Origin: Oculatellaceae cyanobacterium bins.114
GTDB lineage: Bacteria > Cyanobacteriota > Cyanobacteriia > Elainellales > Elainellaceae
Assembly (NCBI GenBank): GCA_033764315.1
Contig: JANRJA010000009.1
Span: 1 to 12,510 of the forward strand
Length of the DNA: 12,510 bases
Direction: 5' to 3'
Both the position numbers and the translations under genes were made by a program. A model generated the notes under the pieces. It had not been told where the DNA came from and searched no databases. It saw only the letters and a list, made by a program, of their open reading frames with translations. Shown piece by piece: positions 1 through 6,455 of this stretch. The first letter of the stretch is position 1. Every line of letters begins with the position of its first letter.

Positions 1-139
1 CTTGGCGAAAAGAACCCACTATCGTGTCAAATAATCCCCGTTTTTTCAACGGTTCTGGCTCTCTTGGGTGATTTAGATGTCCTTACAATACCGACATTTC
101 AGAAGATTGAACAGCTCTTCGCCATAATGAGAATTGCTG
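1..139 (-). mobile_element. Probable terminus of an insertion sequence (family uncertain) that interrupts the hybrid histidine kinase; the element continues beyond the window
   Basis: Kinase-like sequence (KITRAFGGLGLGL) stops abruptly upstream of nt 140-141, and the same frame has stops at 69-71 and 108-110. Read on the minus strand from 139 the sequence begins CAGCAATTCTCATTATG, which resembles CAG-initiated IS terminal repeats as I recall them (unverified). No transposase or partner TIR lies in the window. Confidence 0.55.
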
Positions 140-740
140 CAAGATAACACGAGCCTTTGGAGGGTTAGGATTGGGCTTGGGGATTGTCCGTAACTTAGTA
201 GAGTTACATGGGGGTACAGTTTGGGCAGAAAGCAAAGGCGAGGGATTGGGATCAACCTTTAAAGTCAGGCTACCCCTGCGATCGCTGCAAGAGCCAATCA
301 GTCTTCAAATCAGTCCAAATGCTCCTGCTAAACCAGAGTTGGTCAAGCCTGTTAGTCAACCGCTAGCCGATCTCCGTCATCTGCAAGTTTTGGTCGTAGA
401 TGATGAGCAAGATTCCAAAGATTTCATTGCGTTTGTGCTACAACAACAAGGGGCAATTGTGACGACTGCTGCCTCTGCCAGTGAAGCATCATCTATATTG
501 TCACGGTCTAAACCAGACGTATTGGTCAGTGATATTGCTATGCCTCGACAAGATGGCTATACCTTGTTGCGCCAGGTGAGAGCTTTGACATCGGACATAA
601 AAACCATTCCAGCGATCGCTCTAACAGCCTATGCTAGCTTTTTTGATCAGCAACAGGCCCTCTCTGCCGGATTTCAGCGACACTTAGCAAAACCAGTTGA
701 GGCATCTGAACTGATTGCGGCCATTTTAGAGGTGACATAA
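140..740 (+). pseudogene. C-terminal fragment of a hybrid sensor histidine kinase/response regulator (end of HATPase_c plus complete REC domain), 5'-truncated
   Basis: The frame from 141 reads KITRAFGGLGLGLGIVRNLVELHGGTVWAESKGEGLGSTF (G2 box), then REC motifs VLVVDDE, LVSDIAMP (phospho-Asp), ALTA and LAKP; stop TAA at 738-740. The H, N and G1 boxes are absent, and the TTG at 171 is an internal Leu of the G2 box. Confidence 0.85.
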
Positions 741-744
741 CCGC

Positions 745-776
745 TTGATAGGTTAACGGGTTGATAGGTTAACAGG
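745..776. repeat. Short tandem repeat, 2 x 16 bp (4 degenerate 8-mers), STRR-like
   Basis: TTGATAGGTTAACGGG (745-760) followed by TTGATAGGTTAACAGG (761-776), 15/16 identical, lying between two convergent stop codons. Confidence 0.75.
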
Positions 777-791
777 GCTTCAAATCACGCT

Positions 792-1565
792 CTACACGCC
801 TGCTTTTTGTTTTGACCAAACTCCGTGTTCATCCTCGTCAAACTGTTGATGCACTGCATCCCAAGCAACATGCTCTGCTTGTCGTTCGTCATTTTGTTCT
901 GTTAGAGCGGCATTATAGCGGTCGATATACACCTGTTGGGCAGCGGTTGACAGGTGCGATCGCACTTCAGGAGATAAATCATTTGGCTCACGAATCTGAC
1001 CCGATTGCTGACGAGGTAAGGGAGTATTAATGATCGAAATTTCCTCGCCACCTGCTCCTTGCAACAAGGTCTGCACCTCCTGCACGCGGCTAGAACTTGT
1101 TTCTACCATTATTAGAAAATGACCCGCCTCAACATGAGTCTGATAAAGGGTAGCTTTGTCTTCTGGCAGTCCAAGTGCAACAAAAGCTGATACTAAGCCT
1201 GCTCCAGCGGCTCCAGCGATCGCCCCAGTAGCCGCACCCAGTAACACAGCCCCAATAGGACCTGCGGCAACAACTGTTCCAACAAACGGAATAAAAAGAA
1301 CGCCTACCCCAGTCAGCAGTCCTAAAACAGAGCCAGCCAGAGATCCAAAAATTCCTCCCTGTCTTAGCCCACCCAAGATCAAGTCTTTACGAGTCAGAAA
1401 ACCAGAAATTCGAGTTTCGCTATGAAAGTTTTTGCCGATGACCGAAATGTGATCGCGTGAAATGCCTTGATCGAGTAAACGGCGAATAACGCTATCAACC
1501 TGCTCCCGATTGTGCAGAATGGTGGTGACAGTTCGTTCAAGGGCAGCCACGTTTGAGGGGATCAT
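792..1565 (-). CDS. General stress membrane protein (YflT/17M-like N-terminus, Gly/Ala-rich hydrophobic hairpin) fused to a C-terminal ChaB domain
   Basis: 257 aa. N-terminal [20 protein letters not shown], central [62 protein letters not shown]-terminal [25 protein letters not shown]...[17 protein letters not shown] (ChaB-like). SD AAGGAG on the minus strand at 1572-1577. Confidence 0.8.
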   Translation of the reverse strand: MIPSNVAALERTVTTILHNREQVDSVIRRLLDQGISRDHISVIGKNFHSETRISGFLTRKDLILGGLRQGGIFGSLAGSVLGLLTGVGVLFIPFVGTVVAAGPIGAVLLGAATGAIAGAAGAGLVSAFVALGLPEDKATLYQTHVEAGHFLIMVETSSSRVQEVQTLLQGAGGEEISIINTPLPRQQSGQIREPNDLSPEVRSHLSTAAQQVYIDRYNAALTEQNDERQAEHVAWDAVHQQFDEDEHGVWSKQKAGV

Positions 1566-1924
1566 TCGTTACTCCTTAGTTCTGCATCATCTTATACCAA
1601 AGGAGAATAACAACATTCACAGGGGTAAACTATCCATCTGAGGAATTATTCTGCAATATCTAACTCCGACAGTTCCTGGTTGCTGACTGGTTTATGAGAG
1701 ATAAACAGTGAAAATTAACAGAAAAACCTTTTGTGTCAACCTATAGTCGTAGTTTTACAGCCTTCATTTCAATAAAAATTAAAGTAAACTACATATATCT
1801 TAATTTTCTGTCTTTAAGCAGATTGGAGTCAAAGGGTTTAAACAGGATGCTCTACTAAGTTCTACTCTGTGCTTTATCGTTAATGACAATAATTAAATCT
1901 AAGTACAATTACTTATCTTGAAGT

Positions 1925-3043
1925 GTGAACACTACCCACAAAATAGCCAAACGATGCACTCGTTGTGAGGGGTTGCCCTGTCGAGTTAAGGAAACTAAGC
2001 AACTTCATTTATGGTTTTCATCCAGTCATACTCTAAAAAAAGTTGTGACTTATTTAGACCAGCTTGACCTTGACTATCAGGTGATGAAGCATCGACGCGG
2101 GCTAACTATTTCATGTAACCCTGCTCTCGTTGAAACTATATTGACGGGGTTGCTTACGGTGTTAACGTCGCTGGAGATCCAAGATGCTCAAGCTTTGCTG
2201 ATGCCCCATACTGAGATGCCTCAATTGCACGATTTGGGTGACATGATGCCCTTGCAGCGTTTGATTCAGCTTAACCAATCTGAGTGGCTAATAGATATGT
2301 TGGCAGCGGATCAGTTCACAACTCACTTTCAACCACTAGTCTGTGCAAATGATACCTCGCAAATTTATGGCTATGAAGCCCTATTACGCGGCACGGATCG
2401 CCAGGGCAATATGGTGATGCCAGGGTCTATGTTTGAGGCGGCTCATTCAGCAGGTTTGTTGTCACAACTCGATTTGGCGGCGCGGCGGAGTGCGATTCGA
2501 GGGGCAGATCATTACAACTTAAAAGCTCACCTCTTTATCAACTTTATGCCAGTTGCTATTTACGATCCGATCTCTTGTTTAAAGACAACGGTTCAGGCGA
2601 TCGACAACGCTAAAATTCCTCATCATCAAGTAGTGTTTGAGGTGGTCGAGTCCAATCATCCTCAGGATCTAGACCACCTGATGCTGATTTTAAAGTATTA
2701 CCGTGAGGCTGGTTTTTTAGTTGCGTTAGATGATTTTGGAGCAGGTTGTTCTAGCCTCAATTTATTGCATCAATTGCGTCCAGACTTCATCAAACTAGAT
2801 ATGGAACTGATTCGACGGGTTCATCAGGATGCCTATAAAGCATTGATTACAGAAAAGATTTTAGAGATTGCTCAGCAATTAAATATCAAAACGGTTGCTG
2901 AGGGCATTGAGTCATTTGAGGAGTTGAGTTGGGTCTGCGATCGCGGAGTCGATTTTGTGCAAGGGCGATTGATTGCTAAACCCTGCAATCCTCCAGTGCT
3001 CTCTACACCCGACTTGAGAATGCCAGGGTTATTAAACGCTTGA
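1925..3043 (+). CDS. EAL-domain c-di-GMP phosphodiesterase (no GGDEF domain) with an uncharacterised ~120-aa N-terminal region
   Basis: Motifs HFQP, GYEALLR, LFINF, FEVVE, ALDDFGAG, IKLD, VAEGIE and VQG are all present. GTG start with no obvious SD, so the start position is less certain. Confidence 0.9.
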   Translation: MNTTHKIAKRCTRCEGLPCRVKETKQLHLWFSSSHTLKKVVTYLDQLDLDYQVMKHRRGLTISCNPALVETILTGLLTVLTSLEIQDAQALLMPHTEMPQLHDLGDMMPLQRLIQLNQSEWLIDMLAADQFTTHFQPLVCANDTSQIYGYEALLRGTDRQGNMVMPGSMFEAAHSAGLLSQLDLAARRSAIRGADHYNLKAHLFINFMPVAIYDPISCLKTTVQAIDNAKIPHHQVVFEVVESNHPQDLDHLMLILKYYREAGFLVALDDFGAGCSSLNLLHQLRPDFIKLDMELIRRVHQDAYKALITEKILEIAQQLNIKTVAEGIESFEELSWVCDRGVDFVQGRLIAKPCNPPVLSTPDLRMPGLLNA

Positions 3044-3070
3044 TGTAGATCCCGTACCTATTTCCCCTGG

Positions 3071-3108
3071 CAGCCCAAATGCGTTGCAAATAACGTCAAT
3101 TTGGGCTG
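3071..3108. repeat. Inverted repeat/hairpin just downstream of the EAL gene (possible terminator or 3' stabiliser)
   Basis: CAGCCCAAAT (3071-3080) and ATTTGGGCTG (3099-3108) form a perfect 10-bp stem, with additional inner CGTT/AACG pairing. There is no U-tract. Confidence 0.6.
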
Positions 3109-3217
3109 AGCAGCCTAGCGAATAAATTCGCGGCTACCAGAACGAAGTCTGCGGCTCGACTGAGCTTCGCCGAACGTCCTTCGCGGACTGGCAAAATCCT
3201 TATCCCGAACTCAGGTT
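3092..3217. mobile_element. MITE-like element with IS982-type termini carrying a REP-like repeat
   Basis: Right end TATCCCGAACTCAGGTT (3201-3217) resembles cyanobacterial IS982-family ends as recalled. Left end AACGTCAATTTGGGCTG (3092-3108) matches its reverse complement at 11/17. AAAT flanks both sides (3088-3091, 3218-3221). The interior has GCGAATAAATTCGC-GGCTAC (GTAG-type REP) and GAAGTCTGC..CTTCGCGGACT. Confidence 0.5.
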
Positions 3218-3339
3218 AAATAAATAAGCTTTTGATATGAATTGGGTCTTTGGATTCAAGGATTATTATTGGGGCAGACAAAGCCCCTTTTGATTGGTAG
3301 AGTGTTTTGATGGTGAATTAATTATGTTGCAATAGCTAC

Positions 3340-3364
3340 AAAAAAACCCAGCGATCGCCGGGTT
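3340..3364 (-). terminator. Rho-independent terminator for the DUF2795-type gene, centred on a HIP1 site
   Basis: Minus strand reads AACCCGGCGATCGCTGGGTTTTTTT: a GC-rich stem with one G-U pair followed by 7 U, about 85 nt after the stop codon. Confidence 0.8.
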
Positions 3365-3450
3365 AGACGCTTCTCATTAGGTTTCCTTATTGTCCTTAGG
3401 TAATGAGTGATCCCCTCTCAGCCTTAAGGCAGATTCTTTGTGAATTAGCT

Positions 3451-3645
3451 TTACTCAATTTTGCCGATCGCTTTGCTAACGTCAGCTGGGGTTTCAAATT
3501 CTTCATCCTCTAGCTGCTCTAGCACCGATAGAGCATTTTTGTCGGCTCCGTTCTTTTTAGCATGCTGAACCAGATCCTGTTTGCTGGCGGGGTAGTCCAT
3601 TCCTTTGAGATGCTTTTGCATTTGAATCGGATTAATAGTAGCCAT
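3451..3645 (-). CDS. DUF2795-type small conserved protein (64 aa)
   Basis: MATINPIQMQKHLKGMDYPASKQDLVQHAKKNGAD...LEDEEFETPADVSKAIG fits the DUF2795 pattern (L.G.DYPA.K..L...A...GA). The start was moved from 3675 to the ATG at 3645 because AAGGAG lies 7 nt upstream of it. Confidence 0.85.
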   Translation of the reverse strand: MATINPIQMQKHLKGMDYPASKQDLVQHAKKNGADKNALSVLEQLEDEEFETPADVSKAIGKIE

Positions 3646-3823
3646 TGATATGCTCCTTAAAGAGTGATAGGGCATTGCCAGTTATCCTAAGCATCCTAAA
3701 GTCACCTCTATTTGAGAACGTCGCACTGGGGGCTTAGCTTAGAATTTTGCCCATTCTGCCAAAGGAAGGATTGTCGCTCTGCTTGACTTGAAGGAATAAC
3801 ACGGGGACTCGCTATCCATTGCG

Positions 3824-5992
3824 TTAATGGCATTGGGGGTGCGATCGCGGCAATGTTCCAAACTTAGGCGACCAAAATCCGTCTCGTCCTTCAAAAAAAG
3901 CGACATCCTTACATTTACTCCGCCGATTGTCTAATAAAGAACATCGCAGCATTACTTTTTCTTTTCCCTCTTTGCTATAGCGATATTGCTCTAACAACGC
4001 CCCACACACAGGGCAGGGAAAGTTGGTAAAGGAGTCTGGATCAGGGCTACGCTGAGCATAGGGCAACTCATATTGTTTTCCTTTGGCATTCCAAAACATC
4101 ACTGTTCCACATCCGCTTGATGTACATCGAAGAAAGTGATCGGCTTTCATTTTTTTTGATTTAGACGGAATTTTGTTCATGTCTCCGCTACATTTTGGGC
4201 ACTGAAACTTTGTTTTACTGGCTCTTGATGATGACCTTTTAGGATCGCTTGTTGGGTCTTGGGGTTTTCTGTCAAAAGACTTGAGCAATTGACCTGCTTT
4301 TTCTAGAGCAGGCGCGAAATAGGATTGATGCCACTGGGTTAAATAGGTTTGCCACTCTTGCTGCCCCTGAGCGATCTGATCGAGTGCGGCTTCCATTTGG
4401 GCTGTAAATTCTGGTTGGATTAAGTCGGGCAACAATTTCTCCAAGGCTGTATCGAGATCCAGTCCTAAGGTTGTTGGTTGCAATTTACCTTTTTCAACCT
4501 GAACATAGCCTCGCTCTTTCAATGTCTTGATCGTAGGTGCATAGGTGCTGGGTCGTCCGATTCCCCGTCGTTCCATCAATTGCACCAGTTTAGGCTCGGT
4601 ATAACGAGGTGGGGGTTGAGTTTGCTTTTGCTCACTATCAGCCCGCTTGAGTTGCAGGGCTTGTCCAGGTTGGAGTGGGGGCAATTGGGTGTCTGCGCTG
4701 AGGTTGTTCCAATAACGGGTATAACCCGCAAACTCAACTACTTGTCCTTTTGCTTCCCAATAGACAGACCCTGATTGAGACACCACTCGTGTTTTTTGGA
4801 GTCGTGCTGGACAACATTGAGAAGCGATCGCCCGATTCCAAATCAACTCATACAGGTTAGCTTCATCTCGGCCAACGTGAGTTTTTAAGGTGTCTGGTAA
4901 GCGGTTAACATCGGTTGGACGAATGGCTTCGTGTGCTTCTTGTGCTCCTTTGACGGCTCGGTGTCGGGTGGTTTTGCCAGGAAGATTGGTCGGATCGTGT
5001 CGTTCTAGATAGTGGCGCACAGCCTCACAAAAAGGAGCCGCCAGCATCACCGAATCGGTTCGCATATAAGTGATATAGCCCGCTTCATAGAGGGTCTGCG
5101 CCACTTTCATCGTTTTATCGGGACTAAATTTCAATTTGGCACCTCCAGCCTGTTGCAAAGTCGAGGTGATAAAGGGAGGAGGTGGTGATTGATGGGTGGT
5201 TTTTCCCTCGATGGTTTTAATATGATGCTGAGTAGAACAGGCGATCGCCACTAAACGGTCTGCTTCTGCCTGACTGGTGACGCGATCAGATTCTTGCTTT
5301 TCGGTACTATCCGCTGCATCATCGGGCTGTTCTCCAGTAGTTTTGGTACCTGAGTTTAATTTAGCGCGATAAAACGCCTTAAACCCTTCCTGATAATCCA
5401 CCCAAACGCTCCAATAGTCTTGGGGTTTGAAACCTTGAATCTCTTTTTCTCTCACGCATAGGAGATGCAACGTTGCACTTTGCACTCGCCCCATCGACTT
5501 TGCCCCGATGTTGAGTGGCCATACCACATGCTTGCTACCCTTATATCCCACCAGCTTATCCAGGCAGTCTCGTGCTCGTCCGGCGGCGATCAGAGATTGG
5601 TTGAGGGATCTGGGTTGGGCGATCGCTGCTTTGACCGCTTGGGGAGTGATCTCGCTGTAAACAACCCGTTGCGGATTTTTTAGTCGTAACTCTTGCTGTA
5701 AATGCCAGCCAATCGTTTCACCTTCGCGATCGGGGTCGGTCGCAATATAAACCGTACTCGCTTGTTTGACTGCTTGTCGCAGGTCTGTCAACACCTGTTT
5801 TCCTCTGGTTCCTCTGGGGATATAACGACATTCAATGTGGTTCTTTAGCAGGTCAAACCCAAGAGCATCTTCACCATCATCGGCCAACTCCCGCACGTGA
5901 CCCATGCTGGCTTTGACGACCCAACCGGGTCCTAGAATTTGGCTGAGTTTCTTCGATTTTCCGGGACTTTCAATCAATAAGAGGTTGACCAT
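3824..5992 (-). CDS. topA: Type IA DNA topoisomerase (TopA-like, probably an accessory paralog) with two C-terminal C4 zinc ribbons
   Basis: TOPRIM motifs LLLIESPGK, ASMGHVREL and ATDPDREGE; GRVQS; catalytic ITYMRTDS; AQEAHEAIRPT; GIGRPSTYA; C-terminal CPKC..CTSSGC and CPVC..CSLLDNRRSKC. Confidence 0.93.
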   Translation of the reverse strand: MVNLLLIESPGKSKKLSQILGPGWVVKASMGHVRELADDGEDALGFDLLKNHIECRYIPRGTRGKQVLTDLRQAVKQASTVYIATDPDREGETIGWHLQQELRLKNPQRVVYSEITPQAVKAAIAQPRSLNQSLIAAGRARDCLDKLVGYKGSKHVVWPLNIGAKSMGRVQSATLHLLCVREKEIQGFKPQDYWSVWVDYQEGFKAFYRAKLNSGTKTTGEQPDDAADSTEKQESDRVTSQAEADRLVAIACSTQHHIKTIEGKTTHQSPPPPFITSTLQQAGGAKLKFSPDKTMKVAQTLYEAGYITYMRTDSVMLAAPFCEAVRHYLERHDPTNLPGKTTRHRAVKGAQEAHEAIRPTDVNRLPDTLKTHVGRDEANLYELIWNRAIASQCCPARLQKTRVVSQSGSVYWEAKGQVVEFAGYTRYWNNLSADTQLPPLQPGQALQLKRADSEQKQTQPPPRYTEPKLVQLMERRGIGRPSTYAPTIKTLKERGYVQVEKGKLQPTTLGLDLDTALEKLLPDLIQPEFTAQMEAALDQIAQGQQEWQTYLTQWHQSYFAPALEKAGQLLKSFDRKPQDPTSDPKRSSSRASKTKFQCPKCSGDMNKIPSKSKKMKADHFLRCTSSGCGTVMFWNAKGKQYELPYAQRSPDPDSFTNFPCPVCGALLEQYRYSKEGKEKVMLRCSLLDNRRSKCKDVAFFEGRDGFWSPKFGTLPRSHPQCH

Positions 5993-5995
5993 CTG

Positions 5996-6015
5996 ATCAC
6001 CGTTAGTTCGGTGAT
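5996..6015 (-). promoter_or_regulatory. 5'-UTR hairpin covering the putative RBS of the topoisomerase gene
   Basis: Perfect 7-bp inverted repeat ATCACCG-N6-CGGTGAT ending 3 nt before the ATG. The SD-like GGTGA lies within the stem. Confidence 0.5.
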
Positions 6016-6020
6016 ACTAT

Positions 6021-6034
6021 AGTACACTTGATCC
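6021..6034. promoter_or_regulatory. Candidate cyanobacterial LexA box overlapping a putative -10 element of the topoisomerase gene
   Basis: AGTAC-ACT-TGATCC differs from the consensus RGTAC-N3-DGTWCB at one position. Minus-strand TACTAT/TATAGT hexamers overlap or abut it, about 25-30 nt upstream of the ATG. Confidence 0.4.
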
Positions 6035-6209
6035 AGCATAAGTATTCAGCCTACTACTCATTGGTTAGGGACTATTAGTTAGGGACTTAGTAAAGTGGTT
6101 GCAATTGATTCGTAGATAGCCGTAGTGTGAGTGTGGCGATCGCGAAGAAGATATCCCACACTATGGGCGCATCTAGTGGTTGGGGGGACTGAACCCAGCG
6201 CATGAGTTA

Positions 6210-6277
6210 CGGCTACTGGAACGAAGTCTGCCTCGCGGACTGAGGGCTTTGTTCTGGTATGTGCGGTTTCAACCGCC
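6210..6277. repeat. Degenerate REP/REPIN-like palindromic repeat, second copy of the family seen at 3131-3190
   Basis: CGGCTACTGGAACGAAGTCTGCCTCGCGGACTG (6210-6242) aligns with CGGCTACCAGAACGAAGTCTGC[..]CTTCGCGGACTG. It is followed by the inverted arm GGCTTTGTTCTGGTA and the hairpin GCGGTTTCAACCGC. Confidence 0.7.
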
Positions 6278-6455
6278 ACTTCCTTGACCGTCAGACCTTC
6301 TTTCTGCCTTGCGAGAGATAGCTATCTACAAAAGGGATCAGTATCTTTTTGATAACTCCGTGCTGTTCCTAATGCAAGTTCAGATGCCTTAAGGTGTTTC
6401 TCTAGCGCAATTTCTTATAAGCATTCTTCAGTTAATTCTCATTTAGGATCTACCT

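Noticed and set aside
1..147. Plus-strand frame 1 open from nt 1 to TAA at 145-147 (…QKIEQLFAIMRIAAR)
   Set aside because: It could be a transposase C-terminus, but no motif is recognisable and it is short enough to be open by chance; the IS orientation remains unresolved.
73..255. 60-aa minus-strand ORF
   Set aside because: It spans the IS/kinase junction antisense to the kinase and has no recognisable motif.
812..1425. Plus-strand ORFs 812-1030 and 1156-1425 (Pro/Ala/Thr-rich)
   Set aside because: They are antisense shadows of the Gly/Ala-rich ChaB-fusion gene.
1621..1630. GGGTAA resembling a SigF-type promoter element
   Set aside because: It is a single hexamer about 300 bp from the EAL start and on the wrong strand for the nearer gene; insufficient support.
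3092..3217. Possible CRISPR array or tRNA/ncRNA in the palindrome-rich intergenic region
   Set aside because: There are no regularly spaced identical repeats with unique spacers, no cas genes, and no cloverleaf or T-loop signature; a REP/MITE origin explains it better.
3363..3407. Minus-strand mini-ORF MRSV (3377-3363) behind AAGGA, plus a weak CTCATTA/TAATGAG inverted repeat
   Set aside because: Four codons and a 7-bp stem with a 21-nt loop are expected by chance; there is no independent support.
3646..3675. 10-aa N-terminal extension of the DUF2795 ORF given in the track
   Set aside because: It contains the AAGGAG SD for the ATG at 3645, which is the better start.
4478..5683. Plus-strand ORFs 4478-4774 and 5465-5683
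   Set aside because: They are antisense to the well-supported topoisomerase gene and have no motifs.
6079..6279. 66-aa minus-strand ORF upstream of topA
   Set aside because: It is largely a translation of the REP-like repeat (TKPSVREADFVPVA), with no SD or domain.
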